From Candidatus Saccharimonadales bacterium (GTDB lineage: Bacteria > Patescibacteriota > Saccharimonadia > Saccharimonadales > DATKHC01): a stretch of 64,000 nt of DNA. Position numbers and translations under genes: made by a program. The notes under the pieces are model-generated. The model saw nothing but the letters and a program-made list of their open reading frames with translations, ran no database searches and was not told the DNA's origin. The stretch lies in assembly GCA_038317055.1 (NCBI GenBank), contig JBBQBA010000002.1, forward strand, positions 266,164 through 330,163, written 5' to 3'. This document shows positions 44,778 through 54,870 of the stretch, in pieces (position 1 is the stretch's first letter; every line of letters starts with the position of its first letter).

Positions 44778-46955
44778 ATGTTTAATGTTTATGCTTTTAT
44801 TACAGTATTCAGTATTACAGTTACTTTAATTTTAAGTTTATTTATTTTCTTAAGAAACCCAAAAGCAAAGTTAAATAGACTGTTCTTTTTGAGTAGTATT
44901 TTGATAGCTGGTTGGTTAGCAACAAATTATCTAGGGAGTACCTTAAGTGTTTCTTATGACATTGCAATTGTTGCAAATAAACTGACTTTCTTTTTAGGAG
45001 CAGCTGGTTCTTTAGCTATATTTTATTTTTCTGCAAATCTAGCGCACAGAAAATCAAATTTTATCAGTAAAGCGCTTACGATTTTCAACGCATATGCACT
45101 ACTATTTTCACTAACACCAGTTGTAGTAAGTTATATTACACCATCTCAAAATACATGGACTATAGGATTCGGAAGTCTTGCTAATTTTTACTTTTTTGTA
45201 CTTTTTGCAAACGTAGTTATGACTTTATTTACTTTACTTTCTGCACACAGAAAATTAACTGGATTTGCAAGATCACAAATTAATTCAGTATTAATAGGAC
45301 TTGCTGGTTTTTTACTTGGTGTGATTATAACTAATGCAGTTCTTCCAATTGCACTTAATTATTACGGCCTAACAAATGCTGGGGCATTATTCTCCTTACT
45401 ACTAACAGGCGGCATGGCGTACGCAATAACTAAACACAAATTATTTGATATCCGCTTAATTATTGCGAGATCGTTAGCCTATGCGACAGCATTAATTACG
45501 ATCGCGCTTTTATATGGTCTGGTTATATTTGCAGCATCAAAATATATTTTTAATTTAGAGATTCCTATATCTGCTCAAATCTTCTTAGCATTGGCTACGG
45601 CTATTGCTGCACTATCTTTCACGAGAATCCAAACATTATTTGATAGACTGACAAATAAGATTTTTTACAGAGATGCTTATAATTCATCGTTATTTTTAGA
45701 TCAATTAAACAAAGTGTTAGTTTCAAATATCGAGATAGAACCTCTTCTTTCGTTAAGTGCTGGTGTAATAAGCTCAAACCTAAAATCTGAATATTGCGCA
45801 TACTATATAGAGGAGTCATCAAATCAAAAAAAATATAAGATAGTTGGAAATAGTGGATTTGATAATACAAGTGGAATATTGAGTTTAATAAATCAACTTG
45901 AAGAATATAAGGATAGAATTGTAGTTTTGGATGAGATAGAATCGGGTAAAGTTAATCTCAGAAATGAGATGTCTAAGAATAATGCTTCAGTTTCGGTTCG
46001 ACTAGATATTAATGAAAGTGGTAAAACAGATAAAATAGGATATTTGATTCTGGGTTCAAGAAAAAGTGGTAATGCATATGTAAACCAAGACATTATTATT
46101 CTAGATATAATCGCAAAAGAACTAGTAATAGCAGTTCAAAATGCACTTAGATTTGAAGAAATTGAGCAATTTAATATTACATTGCAAGAAAAAATTGATG
46201 TTGCAACCTCACAACTAACTAAAGCAAATAAAAGATTAAAGGCACTTGATGAAACAAAAGATGATTTCATAAGCATGGCTTCCCATCAACTTAGAACTCC
46301 TCTATCAGTTATAAAAGGATATGTAAACATGGTAAGCATGGGAGATGCTGGTAAAGTCAACAAACAGCAAAAAGAGTTCTTAGACCAAGCACTAGACGGC
46401 TCAGAAAGTATGGTCAGATTAGTCTCAGAACTTCTTAATGTTTCGAGAATTACATCTGGCAAGTTTAGTATTGAAGCTAGCCCAGTAAACTTGGCAGATC
46501 TCGTAGACGCCCAAGTTAAACAACTAACTAATATGGCAGCTTCAAAAGAAATTACTTTGAACTATCAGAAACCTGAAAACTTCCCATCAATAATGTTAGA
46601 CGAAGATAAGACAAAGCAAGTAATTATAAACTTTATTGATAACGCTATTCATTATTCTAAACCTAAAGGTGCAAAAATTGATATTCAGTTAACAGCCAGT
46701 GACGAAATAATATTCAAAGTTGTCGATAACGGAATTGGAGTACCAAATAGCGAGAAAGATCATTTATTCACTAAGTTCTATCGAGCAAAAAACGCCAAAT
46801 TAGTCAGGCCTGATGGTACAGGTGTAGGTATATATCTAGCCAAAGTAGTAATAAATGAACAGGGTGGTGATCTAATATTTGAAAGTAAAGAGGGTGAGGG
46901 AAGTACTTTTGGATTCAAATTCAAACAGGAAAAAATCACAAAAGAAAAAGCCTAA
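44778..46955 (+). CDS. sensor histidine kinase, N-terminal multi-TM (7TM-type) + GAF-like + HisKA/HATPase
   Basis: It has the H-box FISMASHQLRTPLS, the N-box IDNAIHYS and the G-boxes DNGIGV and GTGVGIYL. Confidence 0.85.
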   Translation: MFNVYAFITVFSITVTLILSLFIFLRNPKAKLNRLFFLSSILIAGWLATNYLGSTLSVSYDIAIVANKLTFFLGAAGSLAIFYFSANLAHRKSNFISKALTIFNAYALLFSLTPVVVSYITPSQNTWTIGFGSLANFYFFVLFANVVMTLFTLLSAHRKLTGFARSQINSVLIGLAGFLLGVIITNAVLPIALNYYGLTNAGALFSLLLTGGMAYAITKHKLFDIRLIIARSLAYATALITIALLYGLVIFAASKYIFNLEIPISAQIFLALATAIAALSFTRIQTLFDRLTNKIFYRDAYNSSLFLDQLNKVLVSNIEIEPLLSLSAGVISSNLKSEYCAYYIEESSNQKKYKIVGNSGFDNTSGILSLINQLEEYKDRIVVLDEIESGKVNLRNEMSKNNASVSVRLDINESGKTDKIGYLILGSRKSGNAYVNQDIIILDIIAKELVIAVQNALRFEEIEQFNITLQEKIDVATSQLTKANKRLKALDETKDDFISMASHQLRTPLSVIKGYVNMVSMGDAGKVNKQQKEFLDQALDGSESMVRLVSELLNVSRITSGKFSIEASPVNLADLVDAQVKQLTNMAASKEITLNYQKPENFPSIMLDEDKTKQVIINFIDNAIHYSKPKGAKIDIQLTASDEIIFKVVDNGIGVPNSEKDHLFTKFYRAKNAKLVRPDGTGVGIYLAKVVINEQGGDLIFESKEGEGSTFGFKFKQEKITKEKA

Positions 46956-47022
46956 TAGAATTATTATTGCCTTAATATTTAAAGTGTTAGAATATAACCA
47001 TATATTTGTAAACAGTTAATGA

Positions 47023-47412
47023 TTGGATTTTCACCGAATGGATAAAACAAAGCGAATACTTGTAGTAGATGATGATGATCAGATAGCTAAAATGTATATT
47101 ACACATTTAGAAATAAAAGGATTCACTACCCACAGAGTAAGTAATGGTGAGGATGCTCTTGCTGCTAGTTTAGATTTTAAACCAGATCTTATTCTTCTTG
47201 ACGTGATGATGCCTAAAATAAGTGGATTTGATGTGCTTGATATTCTTAAAAACACTGATCAAACTAAAAAAATACCCGTAATAATGTTGACTGCATTAAG
47301 TGGAAAAGAAGACATGGATAGAGCGAAAAAACTTGGTGCTGACGAGTACTTAGAAAAATCCACAACTGATCTTCCAATGATTCTTGAAAAAATCAAAGCT
47401 CATATTAGTTAA
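47023..47412 (+). CDS. response regulator, receiver domain only
   Basis: Motifs VVDDDD, LILLDVMMP, MLTA and the K region are present, with no output domain. The TTG start could instead be the ATG at 47038. Confidence 0.85.
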   Translation: MDFHRMDKTKRILVVDDDDQIAKMYITHLEIKGFTTHRVSNGEDALAASLDFKPDLILLDVMMPKISGFDVLDILKNTDQTKKIPVIMLTALSGKEDMDRAKKLGADEYLEKSTTDLPMILEKIKAHIS

Positions 47413-47415
47413 TAA

Positions 47416-47964
47416 TTAAACAAAAACAGGGAAGAGTGAGTAAGTAGTAATTAAACTTGGTTCATCTCTAGTAAAAGTTCTAACCTCACCAGTCGATCTA
47501 GAAAATATAAAACCAAATGGCTTATCACCAGATTCTACATTAATTATTCTTAAGTTAAGTCTACCGTAAGCCCCTGAAACACTTTGACTTTCTATTTGTC
47601 TTTGCCTTGTCGAACTATTACCATAAATCAAAGTTACTTCTTTGTGAGATTTCCGATTCACATCAACCATAATTTGATTTGATTCAAATTCATCATTTGA
47701 TAAATTTGCAATTGTAACTCTATTTGTAGATGTATCTTTTATTATTAATCCACAGAATCTAATAAGTCCATCACAAGCAAATGAATCAATTTCGTAATCA
47801 TTTATATCTGTTTGTTCACCTTCATACAAGATGCCACCAAACCTCGAAGTATCGATTCCAAGTTCTAACGGACTAGGTACAAAAAGATCCGTTGAATCTA
47901 TCGGATCCCAATATTGAACGGACATAACTGGTACTTCTTGGGTTGCTGCGAGACGCTCCGACAT
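47416..47964 (-). CDS. hypothetical protein
   Basis: A 182-aa ORF between the two paralogous kinases. I recognise no family. Confidence 0.5.
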   Translation of the reverse strand: MSERLAATQEVPVMSVQYWDPIDSTDLFVPSPLELGIDTSRFGGILYEGEQTDINDYEIDSFACDGLIRFCGLIIKDTSTNRVTIANLSNDEFESNQIMVDVNRKSHKEVTLIYGNSSTRQRQIESQSVSGAYGRLNLRIINVESGDKPFGFIFSRSTGEVRTFTRDEPSLITTYSLFPVFV

Positions 47965-48128
47965 ATTGCTAATACTATAACATTGAAAGTGCTTATTTAA
48001 ATCTACAAAAAGCTAATATAAAATGATTGTTAATTACATGACTTAAGCGGTATAATTTAAGGAGTTAACATCAATAACAAAAACAATGAAAGTTAACCCT
48101 AATCAAAAAAATATAAAGTAGGTAATTT

Positions 48129-50279
48129 GTGATTTCCGTTTACAATAACGTATCAAGTATAGCCACCATTGTTGGCCTTATTGTTATTCTTACTTTAGTT
48201 GCTGCGAAAAACTATCGTAGCAAAATTAATCAGGTCTTTTTGGTTTTTGGTTTTGTTGTGTTGGCTTACGTTACTGTAGGTTACATTTCTAATTTCCCAA
48301 GCTCATACTCCGGCGCATTACTGTTTTCTCGAATATCACTTTTGGCAGCAAATTATATTCCAGTAGCATTTTTAGCTTTTACTTATGCTTTTATAGGTAG
48401 AAAAAAAATCCTTAATGTATCAATGGCAATGCTTATAGTTTCTGCGATGATTCTTGGTGTGTTGGCGTTTTCTCCGCTTGCAATCGGCGGAATTACTCGT
48501 GGGACTAACGGTGTTACAACTACTAATACCGGCCCTCTTCTTTGGTTAACGTTAATCAATTTTATATTTGTAACTTCATATAGTTTTACACTTTTAATAA
48601 GATACGCAAAAAGAAGCGATCAGTTAGTTCGTTCTCAAGTAAATATAATAGTCTATAGCTCTTCTTTGGTCATTATTCTAAACATGATTACACAAATAAT
48701 ACTTCCTGAATTTCACTATACTACTCTGGGAAATATTGTCGGTACTCCATCTATTCTCTTATTTGTTGGTGGTATGGGATATGTAATCCTTAAACACAAA
48801 CTATTCGATATAAAATCAGTAGCTCTGCGAAGCATGGGCTTTGTTGCGACACTTTTGATCGTTATGATCACTTTCAGTATTATCATGCTTGTTCCTACTA
48901 AAATACTTTTCTCACATTTGTCTTTAAATACCCTAGAAAATCTTTACTTTATTACGGCTGCAATTATTTTAGCTTTATTATTTAATCCTCTTAAAGCTTT
49001 ACTTAAAAAGCTAACTGATAAATTATACTTTCAAGTAAGTTATAACTCCGAACAACTAGTTAATGAGATAAGTAAGATTTTAGCTTCAGAAATCCGACTT
49101 GAAGAAATGAGTAGGCAAGTTATAGCTGTCTTAACTAAGAAAATGAATATAAAAGAAATTGACATTGTGGTTCTGGATAAAGGAAAGATTTATTTTGAAT
49201 CAGGTGAATACTTTAGTTCTGTAATTGATAAGTTTCAAAATGACCTTGAATCCATCAGTGATAATATTGTAGTCACTGAAGATTTGGATCCTGGCCAAGA
49301 AAAAACTATTCTGGAGACCTATAAAATACAAGTTGCCGCACAAATGAAAGTAAATAATGAAAAAGTAGGCTATATTTTATTTAGTAATCGAAACCGTGGA
49401 CTACCGTATGTAAAGAAAGATGTTCTGTTAACTAATATAATTGCAGATGAGCTTGCGATTGCCATCCAAAATAGTCGTGCCTATGATCAAATTCGACAGT
49501 TTAATGCCAGTCTACAAAGAAAGGTAGAAGAATCAACTACACAGCTCCTTATAGCAAATGATGACCTAAAAAAAGCTAGTGCAACTAAAGATGACTTTAT
49601 CTCAATGGTATCTCATCAACTTGGTACACCGCTAACAGTTATGGAAGGCTTCTTATCATTAATAACTCAGGGCTTTTATGCTAAAGATAGTGATAAAGCT
49701 AATGAAGCACTTAAAAAAGCATTATCTAGAACCCGAGTAATGAAAAACCTCGTATTTGATTTACTAAATTTAAGTAGGATGTCAGCAGGAAAGTTTTTCC
49801 TTGAAATTTCATCAGTTGATTTAAACGAAACTGTTAAGGACGAAGTAAGTCAACTGGAGATGGAAGCAAAAGACAAAAATGTAACGCTAACTTATCATCA
49901 GCCACAAACGCCAGTACCTGCTATTCAATTAGATGAAGCTAAGACTAGACAGGCGATTATGAATTTAGTTAATAATGCGATTTTTTATTCTTCAGGTGGT
50001 AAAGTCGATGTCTATCTGAGTTCTGATCAAAATAATGTGATATTCAAAGTTGTGGATAATGGAATCGGCGTACCAGAAAATCAAAAAGAACACTTGTTTA
50101 CTAAATTCTTTAGAGCAGATAATGCAATTAGAGAAAGCCCAAACGGAACTGGAATTGGACTTTATCTAGTTAAGAGAGTTGTTGAAGACCAACACGGTCA
50201 AATTATATTCTCTAGTAAACTAAAAGAAGGTTCAACTTTCGGTTTTAATCTACCGATTATGACTCAACTACAAACCTAA
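48129..50279 (+). CDS. sensor histidine kinase, paralogue of 44778..46955
   Basis: It has the same architecture. Shared strings include KHKLFDI, FKVVDNGIGVP and LFTKF.R. It has a GTG start. Confidence 0.85.
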   Translation: MISVYNNVSSIATIVGLIVILTLVAAKNYRSKINQVFLVFGFVVLAYVTVGYISNFPSSYSGALLFSRISLLAANYIPVAFLAFTYAFIGRKKILNVSMAMLIVSAMILGVLAFSPLAIGGITRGTNGVTTTNTGPLLWLTLINFIFVTSYSFTLLIRYAKRSDQLVRSQVNIIVYSSSLVIILNMITQIILPEFHYTTLGNIVGTPSILLFVGGMGYVILKHKLFDIKSVALRSMGFVATLLIVMITFSIIMLVPTKILFSHLSLNTLENLYFITAAIILALLFNPLKALLKKLTDKLYFQVSYNSEQLVNEISKILASEIRLEEMSRQVIAVLTKKMNIKEIDIVVLDKGKIYFESGEYFSSVIDKFQNDLESISDNIVVTEDLDPGQEKTILETYKIQVAAQMKVNNEKVGYILFSNRNRGLPYVKKDVLLTNIIADELAIAIQNSRAYDQIRQFNASLQRKVEESTTQLLIANDDLKKASATKDDFISMVSHQLGTPLTVMEGFLSLITQGFYAKDSDKANEALKKALSRTRVMKNLVFDLLNLSRMSAGKFFLEISSVDLNETVKDEVSQLEMEAKDKNVTLTYHQPQTPVPAIQLDEAKTRQAIMNLVNNAIFYSSGGKVDVYLSSDQNNVIFKVVDNGIGVPENQKEHLFTKFFRADNAIRESPNGTGIGLYLVKRVVEDQHGQIIFSSKLKEGSTFGFNLPIMTQLQT

Positions 50280-51415
50280 CTACCTATATTATAATTTCCG
50301 GTTTTAGCAATCGAACCATGAATAGGTAATGATAAATAGAATGTGCTACCTTTATTTTCAATACTCTCAAACCAAAGATCACCATTTAGATTATCGGTAA
50401 TTACTTTAGTTAAATATAAGCCAAGTCCTGTGCCGCTAACGTCATGAACCAGAATATTGTCAGCCCTAAAGAACTTAGTGAAAATATGCTCTTGTAGGTG
50501 ATCTGGAATGCCATAGCCAGTGTCTTTTATACTAAATATTACATTATTCGAATCACTTTTTAGGGAAATAGTAATTGATCCCTTTTCGGGTGTATATTTA
50601 ATAGCATTTGTAAGAAGATTCAGTATTACTTCCTTTACTAGTAATCCGTCCGTTTTAATATCTTTTAAATCATTATCAACATCCATAGTTAATTTTAGTT
50701 TTTTATTGTCAGTACTTGGAATAATTTCAGAAATAATTTCTTGCAATAAGTTATTTAGATTAGTTTTCTCAGGGCTCACCTTTATCCCACCTGCTTCAAT
50801 TTTAGTAATATTTAGAAGCGTATCTATAAGTTCGTTCATTCGACGAACAGAAGTTAATATTGTTCCAATAAATATTCTTTGCTGATCATTTATCTCTCCC
50901 GCTAGTCCCTCCTTTAACATACCAGCATATATATTTACCGAAGAAAGGGGAGTGCGAAGTTGGTGAGAAGCAACTGATATAAAATCTGATTTCATTTTGT
51001 CCATCTGAATTTCACTACTTATATCTCGAAATAGTTGAACAGACCCTATTGGTTTTCCTCGCAGCATCAATGGCGAAATAGTTGTTTGGACGGGTATTTT
51101 AGTGCCGTCTTTCTTTTTATATATAGTTTTTTGATTTATCACTTTGCCAGTTAAAAAAGCTTTTACAATTGGCGTATCTATAACACTTACCGGTAGTCCA
51201 TTTTCATAATAGGCAATAATACTATCAGTAAATCTCTTATTAATAATTTCAGATTTTTTAATTCCAAAAATATCTAGAGCGATTTTATTTACCCGAGTAA
51301 CTTTACCAATATCATTCGTGACAATTAAACCCTCACCAATACTTGCAAAAATTGCATCAATTTCAGCAAGTCGATGAAGCTGATTGTCTTGTTTTGGTTT
51401 ATCTAGTTTTATCAT
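50276..51415 (-). CDS. soluble PAS-domain histidine kinase
   Basis: It has a PAS-like N-terminus, the H-box FISVASHQLRTPLS and an HATPase domain (DTGYGIP, GTGLGLYL). Confidence 0.85.
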   Translation of the reverse strand: MIKLDKPKQDNQLHRLAEIDAIFASIGEGLIVTNDIGKVTRVNKIALDIFGIKKSEIINKRFTDSIIAYYENGLPVSVIDTPIVKAFLTGKVINQKTIYKKKDGTKIPVQTTISPLMLRGKPIGSVQLFRDISSEIQMDKMKSDFISVASHQLRTPLSSVNIYAGMLKEGLAGEINDQQRIFIGTILTSVRRMNELIDTLLNITKIEAGGIKVSPEKTNLNNLLQEIISEIIPSTDNKKLKLTMDVDNDLKDIKTDGLLVKEVILNLLTNAIKYTPEKGSITISLKSDSNNVIFSIKDTGYGIPDHLQEHIFTKFFRADNILVHDVSGTGLGLYLTKVITDNLNGDLWFESIENKGSTFYLSLPIHGSIAKTGNYNIGS

Positions 51416-51433
51416 AATAAATATATTTTCTTA

Positions 51434-51682
51434 TTAAACCGTGAGTCGTTTTAAATCCGATACATACTTATTAATTAGTGGCTCATCGTCTGTTAGTAGT
51501 GACATGGCAATCTTAATCCAGATTATTAAATCTTTAAGATCTTTTTTAGTCAATCGTTCGGGTGCCTTACCGATGTGACTTTTAATTTGTCGGGTTACAA
51601 AACGATCGGCTGCTGGACCAAGATATTCATAGGTAATATCAACTACCTCCAAATACAGTGATACAGTCCGCTTAGTCATCAT
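51434..51682 (-). CDS. hypothetical small protein
   Basis: An 82-aa ORF that overlaps the upstream membrane gene by 4 nt (ATGA). Confidence 0.5.
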   Translation of the reverse strand: MMTKRTVSLYLEVVDITYEYLGPAADRFVTRQIKSHIGKAPERLTKKDLKDLIIWIKIAMSLLTDDEPLINKYVSDLKRLTV

Positions 51683-52581
51683 ACTTCTTCAATCTTCTTT
51701 AGATTTTTAACTCCAAGGACAATTAATATATAACAAGCGGCAATCATTATTAATAATAAGTATACGACCACAAGAATCCAATCAAGGGACAGTTTTGAAA
51801 GCCGCTCAGACACTGTAGTTAAATACTGAAGAATGATTGAATACACAATCAATGAGCCAAGACCATAGGCAAGTAAAGTCCAATATTTTCGATAAATAAT
51901 TCCTTTAACTTTTTGTCGATAAATATAAATTTCATAAAAAGAAAGAATGCCGCTAAACCACATAAAAATATAAGGTGCAACTAGAGTTAACATAATTAAA
52001 ATTATAGGCATATGGTAAGGTCCCGTGAGCCTATTTGGAGTAGTAGAAACTAAATATCCATAAAATACACCAATAAATATAATCAGGGCAGCCAACATAT
52101 TTGTGCTACGAAGTGTAGGTCTTTGTTTTGTAATTTCACTTAGTTGTCTCGCGCCTATTCCAATAAAAACAAAACCGATGAACGGTAGAAATAAACTCAG
52201 ATAGTTTTGAGTAATAAGTACCGAAGTTGAAAGGTGACTGTAGTGTTCGACAAGTAAGTTTGTGTAGATATTGAAGTTCGCAGTTATTGGAAACCATACA
52301 GCTAAAAATCCAATTCCAATTGCAATTTTAGAAAGAGGCTTGCCGTCCTTATTTTCTTTAATAAGTCTTGAATAATGACTTATATGATAAAAGCCATAAA
52401 AAGCACATGCCCATATAATGGCAAATAAAATAATTATAGTCAGATCTACCAATCTAAGGTGCGCTAAAGTAATATGGTATTTTTGAAGAGTTCCTTTAGG
52501 TGGTGGAATTAGTAGTGTGCCAAGGGCGTATAAAATAACGAATAAAAAATAACCATACAAGACCTTTAGCTTATTGCTCAT
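51679..52581 (-). CDS. polytopic membrane protein (about 8 TM), possible detached sensor module
   Basis: A hydrophobic 300-aa ORF, first in an operon with the 82-aa ORF and the soluble PAS kinase. Confidence 0.6.
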   Translation of the reverse strand: MSNKLKVLYGYFLFVILYALGTLLIPPPKGTLQKYHITLAHLRLVDLTIIILFAIIWACAFYGFYHISHYSRLIKENKDGKPLSKIAIGIGFLAVWFPITANFNIYTNLLVEHYSHLSTSVLITQNYLSLFLPFIGFVFIGIGARQLSEITKQRPTLRSTNMLAALIIFIGVFYGYLVSTTPNRLTGPYHMPIILIMLTLVAPYIFMWFSGILSFYEIYIYRQKVKGIIYRKYWTLLAYGLGSLIVYSIILQYLTTVSERLSKLSLDWILVVVYLLLIMIAACYILIVLGVKNLKKIEEV

Positions 52582-52636
52582 AAATCAAACTCCATATTTT
52601 TACATATTAGGATTATACATAATATGAGTTTATATT

Positions 52637-52658
52637 TTAGAAATTAAATAATTTCTAA
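52637..52658. promoter_or_regulatory. perfect 22-bp palindrome TTAGAAATT-AAAT-AATTTCTAA (candidate operator)
   Basis: The arms are 9 bp, perfect, with a 4-bp spacer. It lies 56-77 nt upstream of the 51679..52581 start. Confidence 0.3.
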
Positions 52659-52913
52659 TTTATTGTAGATTTTTCCCGAAAAATAAGTTCAGGATATCTT
52701 AATGATTTTCTATTCAAAAAAGAATCTATTTTTGATAATAGTTCTTTTTCGCTAAGTATTGTTTTTCCCATAGTACCCCCGTCAGCTATGATAGTACCTT
52801 GAATTTGAAATAAGATTTATTGAATAAATCACAAATAAAAAGTTATAATTCTAACATTATAATTTACTAAATAGGGTTTATAATTTTCCTAAGACGGAGT
52901 AAATATATAATTT

Positions 52914-53294
52914 ATGGACAAAGCACTGAAGGATATAAATGTACTGGTTGTAGAGGATGAAAAAGACTTAAATGAAGCCTATGTTGCTATACTTAAATCT
53001 CAAAAAATAAAAGTAGAATCTAGTTTTAACGGTAAGGAAGCACTTGAATGTCTAAAGAAATTTAAGCCTGATATTATTTTACTCGACTTAAGAATGCCAA
53101 CCATGGGTGGAATAGAGTTTTTGACCAAAATAAATAAATTAAAACCAAAGTTAAAATCAAAAATAATAATTTTTAGTAATTACGACAAACAAGATGAGAT
53201 AAAAGATGCCTTCGATCTTGGGGCTTCTAAGTACATGCTAAAAGCTTGGGCGTCCCCAAATGAACTTATCAAAGTAATTAAAGAAACTGTTTAA
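52914..53294 (+). CDS. response regulator, receiver domain only
   Basis: Motifs VVEDEKD, IILLDLRMP, FSN and K are present, with no output domain. Confidence 0.85.
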   Translation: MDKALKDINVLVVEDEKDLNEAYVAILKSQKIKVESSFNGKEALECLKKFKPDIILLDLRMPTMGGIEFLTKINKLKPKLKSKIIIFSNYDKQDEIKDAFDLGASKYMLKAWASPNELIKVIKETV

Positions 53295-53299
53295 TTTTT

Positions 53300-53989
53300 T
53301 TACCGAATTTTTAATGAATCAAACTCTTCACTACCAAGTGAACTTATCAGAACCGGTAAATTAACGGTATATATTCCACCTTTATACTGAAGAGCCCCGC
53401 GCTTTTTTAACTTAATCGCTTCAATAGTTACTGACTCTCTAGTAATTCCAACTAAACTGGCGATTTGAGAATGAGTTAACTTAAATGGCATTTTATATAC
53501 GTCGCTCTTATTTCGATCAACTATTCCGAATCTCAAAACTAAGTAGTGCATTATCTTAATTATTTTATCTTGTGAGTGGGAATGTTCTAGTGCGTGAATA
53601 TGTACTGTCGAGCCAATGAAGCTATTTGCAAATTGATTAAGTAACTTGTTTGAAAGTAGATGGTCTTTATCTATACTTTCTCTAAACTCTTCACGGTTAA
53701 TTGCAGTAACAATGCAATCTGTAAAAGCACGATAATAGTAAAGTGATACAGGTGATCTGCTAAAAACCCATTCTACCGGTATTACGTCACCGACCGTGTA
53801 AAAAGCAATAATTTGTTCGTCTCCGCTATTACTTATAGTATATGAAATTACAAATCCAGATTTTATGACAAGCGCTAAGGGAGGAACTTCACCTTGAAAT
53901 AATATAATGTTTTTATTCTTATATTTTCTTAAAATAGTAGACCTAAAGTTACTAGTAAAATCATTATGATTACCCCGTGATTCCAACAT
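53300..53989 (-). CDS. Crp/Fnr family transcriptional regulator
   Basis: It has a cNMP-binding-like beta-roll and the C-terminal HTH LTHSQIASLVGITRESVT. Confidence 0.8.
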   Translation of the reverse strand: MLESRGNHNDFTSNFRSTILRKYKNKNIILFQGEVPPLALVIKSGFVISYTISNSGDEQIIAFYTVGDVIPVEWVFSRSPVSLYYYRAFTDCIVTAINREEFRESIDKDHLLSNKLLNQFANSFIGSTVHIHALEHSHSQDKIIKIMHYLVLRFGIVDRNKSDVYKMPFKLTHSQIASLVGITRESVTIEAIKLKKRGALQYKGGIYTVNLPVLISSLGSEEFDSLKIR

Positions 53990-54037
53990 GATCCTATTAT
54001 GACATAACTCTTTTATGATCGTGAAACCATACGCGTG

Positions 54038-54361
54038 TTAATTTGCTGCAAGTGCAAACTTTTCAACTACTATGTAATCATTAAATATATTTACGATTTT
54101 CTCAATTCTATCTTTCTCGTGACCCTTATATATACAAAATCTATCTCTTCTTTTATGGATTTTTTCGTATTCATCCATAGTAAGAGAAATATTTTTATCA
54201 CAGTTCAGATCTGAGCACTCACAATGAAAGGCAAGAGGTGTATTTATTAGATCGTTATGTGTAGGAAAATATTTTTTTAAGGCATTTTTTCCATGGACGT
54301 TGTGTTTTCGCATAATCTTTTCGTTTTCGATCATAAAACGATCGGATGAATTTTGGCTCAT
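54038..54361 (-). CDS. hypothetical protein with a Cys cluster
   Basis: A 107-aa ORF containing CECSDLNCDKN. I recognise no family. Confidence 0.45.
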   Translation of the reverse strand: MSQNSSDRFMIENEKIMRKHNVHGKNALKKYFPTHNDLINTPLAFHCECSDLNCDKNISLTMDEYEKIHKRRDRFCIYKGHEKDRIEKIVNIFNDYIVVEKFALAAN

Positions 54362-54402
54362 ATATCAATTATATATACTTAATCGTTATATGTCTTCAAT
54401 AA

Positions 54403-54870
54403 TTAATTACTCAGATTATTAGACATTGCTTCTAGATCCTCTTCTGAAGCTTTAGGTCCATCAATTGAGGTTACGTAACCTTGGTATTTTTCATGAAATT
54501 CTGGTTTACCAGATAAAATTGGTTTCCAAGTATTTAAATCAGCTGTTCCATGTAGCGGATATAATTTGGCATGAACATGGTCAATCTCAAAACCTTCAAA
54601 AATTAGTGCCGTTCTATTTGAATCATCAATTTTTGCATCTAGCTGTAGACCAACTTTACGAACTATATCTAAAAAATCATGATAAACAGCGTCAGGTAAC
54701 TCAAAAACGTAACTTGAGTAATGCTTTTTAGGTATTACGACCGTAGCTCCTGGAGTGTTTGGAAATAAAGTCAAAAAAGCCAAATATGAATCGTCTTCGT
54801 AAATCTTATGACTAGGCATCTCACCGGCAACTATTTTACAAAATAAACAGTCCATATTAATCACTTCCAT
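54403..54870 (-). CDS. HIT family protein
   Basis: It has the CLFCKI start and the histidine-triad region IDHVHAKLYP. Confidence 0.8.
   Translation of the reverse strand: MEVINMDCLFCKIVAGEMPSHKIYEDDSYLAFLTLFPNTPGATVVIPKKHYSSYVFELPDAVYHDFLDIVRKVGLQLDAKIDDSNRTALIFEGFEIDHVHAKLYPLHGTADLNTWKPILSGKPEFHEKYQGYVTSIDGPKASEEDLEAMSNNLSN

Noticed and set aside
52670-52771. A possible 37-codon minus-strand ORF (MGKTILSEKELLSKIDSFLNRKSLRYPELIFREKSTIN) lies in the 332-bp intergenic region.
   Set aside because: Only a weak GGGGG-type SD supports it, with no hydrophobic or otherwise recognisable features. It is too short to support without conservation data.
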